Assembly (NCBI GenBank): GCA_947165355.1
Contig: CAMUZZ010000003.1
Coordinates: forward strand, 1 to 62,667
DNA: 62,667 nt
Direction of reading: 5' to 3'
Origin: an uncultured Clostridium sp.
GTDB lineage: Bacteria; Bacillota; Clostridia; TANB77; CAG-508
The notes beneath the pieces are model-generated. The model had not been told where the DNA came from. It saw nothing but the letters and a program-made list of their open reading frames with translations, and did no database searches. Numbering within the stretch: position 1 is the first letter of the stretch; each line of letters begins with the position of its first letter. Below are positions 9,139 through 19,559 of the stretch, piece by piece. The position numbers were made by a program, and so were the translations under genes.

Positions 9139-9486
9139 ATGGAAGATATAAAAGATCAAAACTATATTGATGAAACAAAAATAAAGAAAGTAAAATCAAG
9201 CATGATTGACGATGACAGAATTTTTGAGATGGCAGAGCTATTTAAAGTTTTTGGAGATTCAACAAGAATGAAAATAATTTCAGCTTTATTAAAACAAGAG
9301 CTTTGCGTAGGTGAAATAGCAGTAATTACAAGTTCAACACAATCAGCAATTTCACATCAATTACGTGTTTTAAAACAAGCAAAACTAGTTAAATATAGAA
9401 AAGATGGTAAAACAGTTTACTATTCTTTGGATGATGACCATATTTATCAAATATATAAACTAGTGTTAGAGCATATAGAAGAATAA
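9139..9486 (+). CDS. ArsR/SmtB-family metal-sensing repressor
   Basis: FKVFGDSTRMKIISALL..ELCVGEIA....QSAISHQLRVLK is the family winged-HTH signature. Adjacent to the ATPase. Confidence 0.85.
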   Translation: MEDIKDQNYIDETKIKKVKSSMIDDDRIFEMAELFKVFGDSTRMKIISALLKQELCVGEIAVITSSTQSAISHQLRVLKQAKLVKYRKDGKTVYYSLDDDHIYQIYKLVLEHIEE

Positions 9487-9503
9487 AATGTTAGGAGGAG
9501 CTT

Positions 9504-11561
9504 ATGAAAAAATTTGAATTTATATTAAAGAATTTAGACTGTGCGGCTTGTGCAAATGAAATTCAAGAAGAGCTAAATAAACACAATGAAATAAAAAATC
9601 CAAATGTAAATTTTGGAACATTAAAACTAACATATGAAACAGATTTGTTGTCAAAGGAAGAAGTCGAATTAATTGTAAAGAGCGTAGAGCCAGATGTAGA
9701 ATTAGTTGAGTCTGTTAGCAACAAAAACAAAGGGGAATCGAGTTTGCCAGAAATAATAAGATTAATTATAGGTGTTGCTATTTCTGCAGTTGGTATGTAT
9801 GTTCCAATGAATATGTATTTAAGTACAGGCATAATAATTGTTGGTTTTTCCATTTTGCTTTATAGAACTATCAAGAACGCAATTAAATTGTTAGTTTCAA
9901 GTCATAAGATTAACGAAAATTTTTTAATTACAATATCCGTAATTGGTGCGTTTTTAGTAGGTGAACATTTTGAAGGTTTAATGGTAATTACGCTTTATGA
10001 AATTGGTAAAATACTAGAATCTAAAGCCGTTAATAAAACAAGAAAATCTATTTCTGAACTAATGGATATTAAACCTGAATATGCAAATTTAAAAGTGGAA
10101 AATGATTTTAAACAGGTTTCACCTGAAGATGTACGTATAGGAGATATTATTGCTATAAAGCATGGAGAAAAAATACCATTAGATGGCCGTGTAATAAAAG
10201 GTAATGCATCATTAGATACATCATCTTTAACTGGTGAAAGTAAATTAACTAAAGTACAAGAAGGAGATAAGGTTTTATCTGGCAGTATTAATAATGATGG
10301 TTTTATAGAAGTTGAAGTAATACAAAACTATAAAAATAGTACAGTTAGTAAAATTCTTGAATTGGTTGAAAATGCAACTGAAAAGAAGGCTAAAGCAGAA
10401 ACCTTCGTTAACAAGGCATCTAAAATATACACTCCAATAGTTTTAGCTCTTGCAATTATTGTAGCAGCCATATTACCAATTATAAATAAAAATATTTCTT
10501 ATAGCGAGAGCATATACAGAGCATTAATATTTTTAGTAATTTCTTGCCCTTGTGCAATTGCTATATCTGTACCATTAGGTTACTTTTCCGGAATTGGAAG
10601 GAGTTCAAAAGGTGGTATTTTAATTAAGGGTAGTGATTACATAGATGCACTAAAAAATGTAAAAGAAATAGTTTTCGATAAGACTGGAACATTAACAAAA
10701 GGAAAATTTGAAGTAAATAAAATTAGTTCATATAGTGAAGATTATAGTGAACAAGACATACTAAAATATGCAGCCTATGGAGAAAGTAATTCTAACCATC
10801 CAATTGCAAAATCAATAATGAAGATGGTAGATTTTAAAATTGAAAAAGATAAAATAAAAGATTTTAAGGAGATTCCAGGCAAGGGATTAAGCTATGATTT
10901 TGGAGAAGATAAACTGCTTATAGGCAGTAGTGATCTTGTAGGATTAGATGAAAAAAATAATGATATAACTAAGATATACGTAAAAAAGAATAATGAATTG
11001 ATTGGAGAAATTTTGCTTTCAGATTCAATAAAACACGGAACAAAAGAGGCAATAAGCAAAATTAAAAATAAAGGAATTGGAGTTAAGATATTTACAGGAG
11101 ATAATAAGAATGTTGCCAAAAGAGTAGCCAGCGAGCTTGATGTTAAAGAGGTATTTAGCGAAATGCTTCCAACAGATAAATACGGCGAAATGGAAAAAAT
11201 AATAAATGAAAACAAGAATACAGGCAATAAAGTTGCTTTTGTTGGAGATGGTATAAATGATTCGCCAGTATTAGCTTTAGCCGATGTAGGTATTTCGATG
11301 GGAGGAATTGGATCACATGCAGCCATAGAAGCTTCTGATGTTGTAATTATGACCGATTCAATTGAAAAAATAAATGAAGCTATAGATATTTCTAAGAAAA
11401 CCAGCAGAATAATAAAACAAAACTTGGCCTTTGCTATTTTCACCAAGATATTAATTTTGGTATTAAGTACGCTCGGATTAACAGGAATGAGCATGGCAGT
11501 ATTTGCTGATGTTGGTGTAACTTTAATTACGATATTAAATACATTAAGAATACTAAAATAG
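9504..11561 (+). CDS. Heavy-metal-translocating P1B-type ATPase (Cd/Zn/Co type)
   Basis: N-terminal CAAC metal-binding domain, TM CPC motif (SCPCA), DKTGTLT phosphorylation site, GDGINDSP hinge. Confidence 0.9.
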   Translation: MKKFEFILKNLDCAACANEIQEELNKHNEIKNPNVNFGTLKLTYETDLLSKEEVELIVKSVEPDVELVESVSNKNKGESSLPEIIRLIIGVAISAVGMYVPMNMYLSTGIIIVGFSILLYRTIKNAIKLLVSSHKINENFLITISVIGAFLVGEHFEGLMVITLYEIGKILESKAVNKTRKSISELMDIKPEYANLKVENDFKQVSPEDVRIGDIIAIKHGEKIPLDGRVIKGNASLDTSSLTGESKLTKVQEGDKVLSGSINNDGFIEVEVIQNYKNSTVSKILELVENATEKKAKAETFVNKASKIYTPIVLALAIIVAAILPIINKNISYSESIYRALIFLVISCPCAIAISVPLGYFSGIGRSSKGGILIKGSDYIDALKNVKEIVFDKTGTLTKGKFEVNKISSYSEDYSEQDILKYAAYGESNSNHPIAKSIMKMVDFKIEKDKIKDFKEIPGKGLSYDFGEDKLLIGSSDLVGLDEKNNDITKIYVKKNNELIGEILLSDSIKHGTKEAISKIKNKGIGVKIFTGDNKNVAKRVASELDVKEVFSEMLPTDKYGEMEKIINENKNTGNKVAFVGDGINDSPVLALADVGISMGGIGSHAAIEASDVVIMTDSIEKINEAIDISKKTSRIIKQNLAFAIFTKILILVLSTLGLTGMSMAVFADVGVTLITILNTLRILK

Positions 11562-11684
11562 CATACTGGTTTAAAATAAGTTGTTAGACTAAAATATTTA
11601 GCAAGCAACTTATTTTTTTGTATTAATAATTCACAATAAAAAGCTTTATGCATATGAATTTTATAAATATTGCCAATAAAATAA

Positions 11685-12425
11685 TTGAATGCTATAATAG
11701 ACGAGAAGGAAAGAAAAATGATGAAAAAAGTTTTAAAATATGTATTTTTAGTAGCAGTAGCAGCAATAGTAATTGGAATATTTATTTATATTTTTCCACT
11801 TATAAAAGGAATGTTAACTGAAGAAGGAAGAACAGCTTTTAAGGCACAGCTTGATGGCTTAGGAACAAAGAAATTTTATGTACTATGCGCACTTCAGCTT
11901 TTACAAATATTATTAGTTATTATACCAGGTGAACCTTTAGAGATAATGGCTGGAATGTGTTATGGAAGTATTGGTGGAACAGTATTTGTTTTAGGAACAG
12001 TATTCGTATCAACAACAATAATTTTTCTTTTAGTGCGTAAATTTGGAAAGTCATACGTGGAGCATTTCTTTAAAAAAGAAAAATTAGAGAAAATAGAAAA
12101 TAGTAAGTTTTTTAACGAGTCAAAAAATATTGAACTTGTTATGACAATTTTATTTTTAATACCAGGTACTCCAAAAGATTTACTTGTTTATCTGGGAGGA
12201 TTGTTGCCTATAAAAGCAAGAAGGTTTATTCTTATATCAACATTTGCGCGTATTCCATCAGTTATTTCGTCAACGATGGTTGGATCAAATATTCTTAAAG
12301 GAAATTTTATATTTAGTTTACTAGTATATGTTGTTACTTTTATAATAGCTGCTGGAATAATATTTATTGTAAATAAATTCGACAAAAGCAAAATAACAAA
12401 GGAAGCAATTGATGCAATAAAATAA
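11685..12425 (+). CDS. TVP38/TMEM64 (DedA-related) family membrane protein
   Basis: Polytopic; PGEPLEIMAGMCYG and LIPGTPKDLLVYLGGL motifs typical of the family. True start may be a few codons downstream. Confidence 0.7.
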   Translation: MNAIIDEKERKMMKKVLKYVFLVAVAAIVIGIFIYIFPLIKGMLTEEGRTAFKAQLDGLGTKKFYVLCALQLLQILLVIIPGEPLEIMAGMCYGSIGGTVFVLGTVFVSTTIIFLLVRKFGKSYVEHFFKKEKLEKIENSKFFNESKNIELVMTILFLIPGTPKDLLVYLGGLLPIKARRFILISTFARIPSVISSTMVGSNILKGNFIFSLLVYVVTFIIAAGIIFIVNKFDKSKITKEAIDAIK

Positions 12426-12503
12426 TTCAATTTTCTAACATAGAGAATTGAATTATTATTTTTTTTATGATATATAAATTTTGACGAAAATTTTGTCGAA
12501 AGG

Positions 12504-13931
12504 ATGAAGGTTATGGAAATTAAGTTAATAGGTGGATGCGAGAAAAATGAGCTAGAAACTCGTATTCAAAAGGTTGCAACAGCTGGAAAATTATCAAGAT
12601 TTGCAGGTAATGTTTTCGAAGTTTTAGAGAGCTGTAACGATTACGAAAAGAATTTAAAACTAATTAAAAGAATTATAGGAATGGGGCATAAATCAATTAT
12701 AGAGCACGATTACTTAGTATTTGCAATATGTGATGTTACGCCAATAGTTGAGCAAACAATAATTGGAAGCAGACTAACATCATTTACAATAAAATCAAGA
12801 AGAGAAGTAGACTTTAGAAATGCAGGCTTTTATGTTCCAGAATTTAGAGATAAAAATTATAAAGAGCACCCTAAAAATAAAGAGCTTAAGGAAAAATATG
12901 TTGCTCATATGAAATACTTATTTAATACGTATGGTGACATAGCTGATAGTGGAGTAAATGTAGAAGATGCAAGATTTATACTACCATATTCATTCCATAG
13001 CAATATTATTATGGGATTAAATGCACGTGAACTAGAAAAGATGATTAATTCATTCTTATATGGTCCATTAAGCAAAGTTTCAGAATTAAAAGATATGGGA
13101 GAAAAACTATTAGCAATTGTTAAAGAATATATTCCATATTTAGAGGATTCAATTTTAAATTACAAGAATGAATCAGAAGCTTCATTTGAATATATGGAAA
13201 AATTGGCAGAAAGACCTAAAATAAAAATTGCTGATAAACCAAAATTAATAAGCTATACACCTAATCCAGATGACGTAGTAATAAAAAGCTCAATTATGTA
13301 TCATTTCCAATGCTCTGAAAATGAGGCTGAGGAGATTATGAAAAAATCTGAAGCTAAAGATTCAGAGTATAAAGCAAAAGTTATGGATATTATACTTCAT
13401 AAAGAAGAAAGAAGAGAGCTTGAGCAAGTTAATTTTACATTCCAAATTCCTATTTCCTTATCAATATTAACGCATTTAACACGTCACAGAATGCACTCAT
13501 TACTAATACCAGAATTTACACCATTATGGGACTTCAAAAATTACATAATTCCAGCTACAATAAAAGCAAAACCAGAAATGGAGAAAATTTTTATTAAAGC
13601 TCATGATGAAAATATTAAAGTTTTTGAAGAATTTAAAGATATTGGAGTTGCAGAGGAAGACCTAATTTACTTTTACATAGGAGCCCAAATGCTTAATGTT
13701 GTTACTACTATAAACGGAAGAGCTTTGCAATGGATTTTAAGATTACGTTGCTGTAATAAGGCACAATGGCAAATCAGAGGAATAGCAAAAGAGCTTGCAA
13801 AACAAGCTTCTGAGGTAGCTCCATTACTAGGAAAAGGACTAGGATCAACATGTGTTACAGATTTAGTGTGCTACGAAGGAAAAGAGTGCTGCGGGTTAAT
13901 TGACACTTTGCTTAAGAACGCTGGTAAATAG
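12504..13931 (+). CDS. ThyX-like (flavin-dependent thymidylate synthase family) double-domain protein
   Basis: HKSIIEH motif, SRLTSFTIKSRRE in the first half and LTRHRMHS in the second half. Roughly twice the canonical ThyX length. Confidence 0.55.
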   Translation: MKVMEIKLIGGCEKNELETRIQKVATAGKLSRFAGNVFEVLESCNDYEKNLKLIKRIIGMGHKSIIEHDYLVFAICDVTPIVEQTIIGSRLTSFTIKSRREVDFRNAGFYVPEFRDKNYKEHPKNKELKEKYVAHMKYLFNTYGDIADSGVNVEDARFILPYSFHSNIIMGLNARELEKMINSFLYGPLSKVSELKDMGEKLLAIVKEYIPYLEDSILNYKNESEASFEYMEKLAERPKIKIADKPKLISYTPNPDDVVIKSSIMYHFQCSENEAEEIMKKSEAKDSEYKAKVMDIILHKEERRELEQVNFTFQIPISLSILTHLTRHRMHSLLIPEFTPLWDFKNYIIPATIKAKPEMEKIFIKAHDENIKVFEEFKDIGVAEEDLIYFYIGAQMLNVVTTINGRALQWILRLRCCNKAQWQIRGIAKELAKQASEVAPLLGKGLGSTCVTDLVCYEGKECCGLIDTLLKNAGK

Positions 13932-13950
13932 TTTTTTTGGTATATATTAA

Positions 13951-13987
13951 GTTCAAAAAGTTTATATAAACTTTTTGAACTTTTTTA
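13951..13987 (+). terminator. Rho-independent terminator
   Basis: gttcaaaaagttt / aaactttttgaac stem plus T-run. Confidence 0.7.
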
Positions 13988-14089
13988 TATTAAAACAACT
14001 ATATAAAAATATACACCAAAAATCTCTAAAAAGTTGTAATATGTCGATTATTGTGATATATTGTTTACCGAAAAGAGAAGAGGAATATA

Positions 14090-15958
14090 ATGGAAAGTAT
14101 TTTGAATAAAATTAATTCGCCATCAGATTTAAAAAATTTAAATTATAAGCAAAAAGAAGAATTAGCGAAAGAAATTCGCGATTATACTATAGATATCGTT
14201 TCAAATAACGGTGGTCATTTAGCTTCCAACCTTGGTGTTGTGGAGCTTACTATTGCTCTTCACAGTGTATTCAATACTCCAGAAGATAAAATCATTTGGG
14301 ATGTAGGACACCAAACCTACGTGCATAAAATGTTAACTGGTAGAAGAGATAAAATGAATACTTTAAGAAAATTTAATGGTATTTCAGGATTTCCAAAAAC
14401 ATGCGAATCTGAATATGACTGCTTTAACACGGGACATAGTAGTACATCAATTTCGGCAGCCCTAGGAATGGCAAGAGCAAGAGATATATTAAATGAAAAC
14501 TATAAAGTAGTTGCTGTTATTGGAGATGGATCTTTAACCGGCGGAATGGCTGAAGAAGCTTTAAATGATGCAGGAGTAAGTAAATCTAACGTTATAGTGG
14601 TATTAAATGATAATGAAATGAGTATATCTAGAAATGTTGGCGGAATTTCAGTACTTTTAGGAAAATTTAGAACAAAGAAATGGTATACAAAAACTAATAA
14701 AGGACTAAAGAAAACAATTGAAAAAATTCCAAAATTAGGACCTAAAATTGTTGGCTTTGCATCAAGAACTAAAAGCAGTATAAAGCAAATTTTTATTCCT
14801 AAAATGTACTTTGAAGATATTGGATATACATATTTAGGACCTGTAGATGGTCATAATATTGAATCGGTTGAAGCAATATTAAAACAAAGTAAAAATTGTG
14901 AAGGTCCGGTTTTAGTTCATGTTGTAACTAAAAAGGGTAAAGGGTATAAATTTGCCGAGCGAAATCCTGCTAGATTTCATGGAACAGCTCCATTTAATAA
15001 AGAAACAGGTGAACCTTTAAAGGAAAAGAAAAAAGATTATTCGAAAGTATTCGGAGAAAAGTTAATAGAGCTTGCAAATAACGATAATAGGATAGTTGCA
15101 GTTACAGCAGCTATGGCTGATGGAACAGGACTAAAAGAATTCAAGAAAAAATTTCCAAATAGATTCTTTGATGTTGGAATAGCAGAACAGCATGCAGTTG
15201 GAATGGCTGCTGGTATGGCAAAAACTGGCTTAATTCCAGTTGTTCCAATATATTCATCGTTCTATCAAAGAGCATATGATCAAGTTATTCACGATGTTTG
15301 CATGCAAAATTTACATGTAATTATGTGTGCTGATAGAGCTGGAATTGTAGGAAATGACGGGGAAACTCATCAAGGTTTGTTCGATATGTCGGCGTTTTCG
15401 TTAATTCCAAATATAACAATAATGGCTCCAAAAGATTTTATAGAATTAGAGCAAATGATGGAGTTTGCAGTTAATGCTGAAGGTCCAGTTTTAATAAGGT
15501 ATCCAAGAGGTGGAGAAGACGAAAATAAATTTAATAAACATCCAGAAATAATTAGTTCTAGGTGCGAAATAGTACAAGAAGGATCAGACCTAACAATAAT
15601 TGGAATAGGAAAAATGGTTAGCAGAGCTCTTGAAGTTGCTGAAATTATGCAGAAACAAGGTATTAACGCTGAAGTTATAAATGCAAGATTTTTAAAACCA
15701 TTCGATAACGAGCAAGTTTTAAAGTCAATAAACAAAACAAAAAATGTAATTACTATTGAAGATGGACTATTAAGAGGTGGTTTAGCTACAACGGTTGATG
15801 AATTAATTGCAAAGAATAGTGTTCAAAATGCACGTGTAGAAAACTATGGATATACAGAATTTGTAAAGCATGGAACAACTAACGAGCTAGAGCAATTAAA
15901 TGGACTAGATGCAAAGAGTATAGTTAAAACTTGGTTAAATAGTGGAAATGTGGAGTAG
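14090..15958 (+). CDS. dxs: 1-deoxy-D-xylulose-5-phosphate synthase
   Basis: GGHLASNLGVVELT, GHQTYVHK and GDGSLTGGMA TPP-binding motifs. 622 aa. Confidence 0.93.
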   Translation: MESILNKINSPSDLKNLNYKQKEELAKEIRDYTIDIVSNNGGHLASNLGVVELTIALHSVFNTPEDKIIWDVGHQTYVHKMLTGRRDKMNTLRKFNGISGFPKTCESEYDCFNTGHSSTSISAALGMARARDILNENYKVVAVIGDGSLTGGMAEEALNDAGVSKSNVIVVLNDNEMSISRNVGGISVLLGKFRTKKWYTKTNKGLKKTIEKIPKLGPKIVGFASRTKSSIKQIFIPKMYFEDIGYTYLGPVDGHNIESVEAILKQSKNCEGPVLVHVVTKKGKGYKFAERNPARFHGTAPFNKETGEPLKEKKKDYSKVFGEKLIELANNDNRIVAVTAAMADGTGLKEFKKKFPNRFFDVGIAEQHAVGMAAGMAKTGLIPVVPIYSSFYQRAYDQVIHDVCMQNLHVIMCADRAGIVGNDGETHQGLFDMSAFSLIPNITIMAPKDFIELEQMMEFAVNAEGPVLIRYPRGGEDENKFNKHPEIISSRCEIVQEGSDLTIIGIGKMVSRALEVAEIMQKQGINAEVINARFLKPFDNEQVLKSINKTKNVITIEDGLLRGGLATTVDELIAKNSVQNARVENYGYTEFVKHGTTNELEQLNGLDAKSIVKTWLNSGNVE

Positions 15959-15961
15959 TAA

Positions 15962-16768
15962 ATGGAAAAAGATTTAGTATTAAGCAAGTACAAAAGACCT
16001 GAAGATAAGCTATTAATTTCAAAGTTTTTAGATAAAATAAAAACAGCTGAAAAAACCGGTAAAATAACTATTAGTGATTTTTATAATGAAGCAGAACAAG
16101 AAATAATTAGTAATGTTACCAGAATTATCGAATGCAAAAATGTTCTATTATTTGGTGGTTATGAAGATGCTGAGCGTAAGGTTGCTGTAATTTTTCCAGA
16201 AAAAATGGAAGAACTTGTTAAAGAAAAGAATTTTAAATACGACACATTATTATCGGTTGTTAGATTAGAAATTCCGTTTGAACAAAATACTGTATATTCT
16301 CACGGAGTATATTTAAGTGGTCTTATAAAACTTGGTATAAAACGCGAAAAAGTTGGAGATATTTTGGTGAATAACAATGGGGCAGATATCATTGTAAAAA
16401 AAGAAATTGAAAGCTTCATATATAGTAATATTAGTTCTCTTACAAGATTTAGTAATGCTAAAATATCATTAATAAAATTATCTGATATGACTGTAAAGCC
16501 AAAAGAATTTAAAGAAATAAAAATAATAACATCTTCACTTAGACTAGACAATATAGTTTCAGAGCTAGCAAAAACATCAAGAAATAAAGCTTCAGAAATA
16601 TTAATGAATGAGCGTGTTTTTGTAAATTACGAGAACGAAACAAAAAATACTAAGCAAGCAAAACAAGGAGATATTATTACAATTCGAGGAAAAGGAAAAT
16701 TCATTTTGTCGGAAATTGTGGGGAATACCAAAAAGGGAAACTATGTTATAAATGTACTTAAGTATTAA
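15962..16768 (+). CDS. YlmH-like S4-domain RNA-binding protein
   Basis: C-terminal S4-like segment (LRLDNIVSELAKTSRNKASEILMNERVFVN). Size and architecture match YlmH-type proteins. Confidence 0.6.
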   Translation: MEKDLVLSKYKRPEDKLLISKFLDKIKTAEKTGKITISDFYNEAEQEIISNVTRIIECKNVLLFGGYEDAERKVAVIFPEKMEELVKEKNFKYDTLLSVVRLEIPFEQNTVYSHGVYLSGLIKLGIKREKVGDILVNNNGADIIVKKEIESFIYSNISSLTRFSNAKISLIKLSDMTVKPKEFKEIKIITSSLRLDNIVSELAKTSRNKASEILMNERVFVNYENETKNTKQAKQGDIITIRGKGKFILSEIVGNTKKGNYVINVLKY

Positions 16769-16918
16769 TTCTTATATACTTTTTTATGCAAGATTCTGAA
16801 TGAATTATGTGAATACTTCAATAATTCATTATTTACAAAGTCGAAATATGTAAAAATTTGTTATACGAAAATACTTGAAAAATATATATTTAGTAAATAA
16901 AATAAGGAGGAACAGGTT

Positions 16919-17761
16919 ATGACAGAAATTATTGACGGAAAGGCATTGGCTCAAAAAATTAGATTAGGGTTAAAAGATGAGGCTACTAAACTAAAAGAGA
17001 ATGGAATTAATCCAAAGCTTGCTGTTATTATGGTTGGAGATGATAAAGCATCTAAAATTTATGTCAGAAATAAAAGTAAAGCATGTGAAGAAATTGGAAT
17101 TGAATATGAAGAATTTTTATTAGATGCAGATACAACAATGGAAAAATTGCTAGCATTAATAGACGAATTAAACGAAAGAAAAGACATTCACGGAATTTTA
17201 CTTCAAAGTCCAATTCCAAAACATTTAGACATAAATAAAGCATTTAACAGAATTAGCTATAAAAAAGATGTAGATGGATTTAATCCGGTAAATGTTGGAA
17301 AATTAGTAATTGGTCAAGACTGTTTTGTTTCATGTACTCCTTTCGGAGTAATAAAAATGCTAGAAGAATACAATGTAGACATCGAAGGAAAAAATGCTGT
17401 GGTAATTGGAAGAAGCAACATTGTAGGAAAGCCTGTTTCACAATGTTTACTTGCTAAAAATGCAACAGTAACAATATGTCATTCAAGAACAAAAAACATA
17501 GAAGAAATTACAAGCAAAGCAGACATATTGGTGGCTGCACTAGGAAAGCCTAAATTTGTAACAGAAAATATGGTTAAAGATGGCGCTGTTGTTATAGATG
17601 TTGGAATAAACAGAAATGAAGAAGGAAAAATTGTTGGTGATGTGGATTTTGAAAATGTTTCAAAGAAGGCGTCATACATAACACCGGTTCCAGGAGGGGT
17701 TGGACCGATGACAATAGCAATGCTTATGACAAACCTAATAAAAGCAGCAAAAGAGCAATAA
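16919..17761 (+). CDS. folD: Bifunctional methylenetetrahydrofolate dehydrogenase/cyclohydrolase
   Basis: IIDGKALA start, VGDD.AS..YV, GILLQSPIP, VVIGRSNIVGKP and PVPGGVGPMT motifs. Confidence 0.93.
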   Translation: MTEIIDGKALAQKIRLGLKDEATKLKENGINPKLAVIMVGDDKASKIYVRNKSKACEEIGIEYEEFLLDADTTMEKLLALIDELNERKDIHGILLQSPIPKHLDINKAFNRISYKKDVDGFNPVNVGKLVIGQDCFVSCTPFGVIKMLEEYNVDIEGKNAVVIGRSNIVGKPVSQCLLAKNATVTICHSRTKNIEEITSKADILVAALGKPKFVTENMVKDGAVVIDVGINRNEEGKIVGDVDFENVSKKASYITPVPGGVGPMTIAMLMTNLIKAAKEQ

Positions 17762-17784
17762 AAAATGATAAATATGAAATAATA

Positions 17785-17814
17785 GGGGGCATGAAAAATA
17801 CATGCCTCTTTTTT
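17785..17814 (+). terminator. Rho-independent terminator after folD
   Basis: gggggcatg / catgcctc stem plus T-run. Confidence 0.6.
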
Positions 17815-17912
17815 GTGTTGTATATGAGTATAGGATTGTAAATGGTAAAAATAAAAACTCATATAATGAATAAGGAATTAATGTTTTTATAATATATGAA
17901 AAAGGAGATTTT

Positions 17913-18782
17913 ATGGATGATACAATATATTTAATTTGGATATCTCAAATGAAAAGCCTAACTTATGAAGATTTAAAAAAATTGATGAATCAATATGAAT
18001 GTTTAGAAAAACTATGGAAAATTAGTAAATGGGAGTTATGCAGAAATAAGATCTTAAATTTAAATCAGAATAAAATAAATGAATTAACTAGTTTGAATTA
18101 TAAAAAAAAATCAGAAAAAATATATAAATATGTTATCGATAACTATGTTAGAGTTATAAGCTGTTATGATAAAATTTATCCGCAAAAATTAAAGTATATA
18201 AATAATAGACCGATTGTGCTCTATACCAAAGGAAATTTAAGTTTGTTTAATAGCGAATCAGTGGGAATAGTTGGCTCGAGAAACTGTACAAATTATGGAA
18301 TAAACTGTGCAAAATATTTTTCACAAGAGCTTTCAAAAAGAGGAGTATGCGTTGTAAGTGGTCTAGCTAAGGGAATTGATAAGATTGCGCATAAATCAGC
18401 ATTAAGTGAAAATGGGAAAACAATTGCTGTAATTGGAACAGGAATAGATATGGTATATCCTGCAGAAAACATAAGTCTGGCTAACAAAATAGTTGAAAAT
18501 GGAGGTTTAATAGTATCTGAATTTGCAATCGGAACTTTTCCTGAAAAAGAAAATTTTCCAAGAAGAAACCGAATAATAAGCGGTTTATCAGATGCAGTAA
18601 TCGTGGTTGAAGCTGGTGAAAGAAGCGGAGCAACCATTACTGCGGATTATGCAATTAATCAAGGCAAGGAGGTATGGGCCATACCAGGAAATATTTTTTC
18701 AAAAGAGTCTGTGGGAACAAACAAATTACTAAAGGATGGTGCAAACATATTAACATCAATTAATGATATTTTAAAATTGTAA
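17913..18782 (+). CDS. dprA: DNA-processing protein DprA (Smf)
   Basis: VGIVGSRNCT.YG, VSGLAKGID and SGATITADYA Rossmann-like DprA motifs. Confidence 0.85.
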   Translation: MDDTIYLIWISQMKSLTYEDLKKLMNQYECLEKLWKISKWELCRNKILNLNQNKINELTSLNYKKKSEKIYKYVIDNYVRVISCYDKIYPQKLKYINNRPIVLYTKGNLSLFNSESVGIVGSRNCTNYGINCAKYFSQELSKRGVCVVSGLAKGIDKIAHKSALSENGKTIAVIGTGIDMVYPAENISLANKIVENGGLIVSEFAIGTFPEKENFPRRNRIISGLSDAVIVVEAGERSGATITADYAINQGKEVWAIPGNIFSKESVGTNKLLKDGANILTSINDILKL

Positions 18783-18830
18783 ATACATATGTAATGTCGA
18801 AAAAGCACATAATTAGTCGATGAAATTAAA

Positions 18831-18859
18831 TTGACAATTGGTTCAATAGCGCTTATTAT
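18831..18859 (+). promoter_or_regulatory. Promoter TTGACA-17-TATTAT upstream of the sortase/adhesin pair
   Basis: Hexamers at 18831-18836 and 18854-18859. Confidence 0.5.
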
Positions 18860-18935
18860 GAAATTATAAAATTTTATTCTATAAAATTAATTCTTAAGAA
18901 TTTCCAAAACAAAAAACAAAAAATAAGGGAGGTGC

Positions 18936-19538
18936 GTGTTGAAAATATTTTTCAAGCGTAATTTAAAGTATTTGCTCTTAGGTATAGCAATGTTTATTTA
19001 TTGTGTCTATTTATTTCTTAGTAATAATAACAAAGATGAGCAAAAAAGATTGCTACAAATAGCAAATAATCGTGTAATTGAAAATAGTATAGAAAATTCA
19101 AAAGATGAAATAGTGGAAGAAGAACTTTTTTCGGTAGATAAACTTGAAGAAAACGAAGAAATAATAGGAAAGATAATTATTCCTAAAATAAATGTTGTAG
19201 CGCCTATAAAAGAAGGTACATCACCAGATGTTTTAAAGGTTGCTGTTGGTCATTTTTCAGAATCAAAGTATTGGAATGGAAATGTGTGCTTAGCCTCTCA
19301 TAACAGAGGAGCATTTGCTCATTATTTTGAAAAGCTAAATAAATTAAATGCAATGGATGAAATTATATATCAAACACAAATGGGAAGTAGAGCGTATTTG
19401 GTTGAAAGTATTACTGAAATATCAGAAGAAAATTTATATGTGCTAAATAATACAAAACAAAATTATTTAACCTTAATAACATGCGTAACAAATAAACCAA
19501 CGATAAGGCTTTGTGTTAAAGCTATAGAAAAAAATTAA
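18936..19538 (+). CDS. Sortase-family transpeptidase (chromosomal copy)
   Basis: N-terminal TM, catalytic His context VGHF...LASHNRG, TLITC Cys motif, downstream Arg. Paralogous to 51254..51838. Confidence 0.8.
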   Translation: MLKIFFKRNLKYLLLGIAMFIYCVYLFLSNNNKDEQKRLLQIANNRVIENSIENSKDEIVEEELFSVDKLEENEEIIGKIIIPKINVVAPIKEGTSPDVLKVAVGHFSESKYWNGNVCLASHNRGAFAHYFEKLNKLNAMDEIIYQTQMGSRAYLVESITEISEENLYVLNNTKQNYLTLITCVTNKPTIRLCVKAIEKN

Positions 19539-19559
19539 ATTTTCGGAAGGAGAAAAGTA

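Noticed and set aside
10892-11653. 253-aa minus-strand ORF, and many similar 60-140-aa antisense ORFs in the track (for example 508-1314, 4282-5108, 34046-35016, 54392-54733).
   Set aside because: They lie antisense to well-supported genes with clear family motifs. They are low-complexity and Ser/Phe/Ile-rich, as expected from antisense frames of AT-rich genes, and have no RBS.
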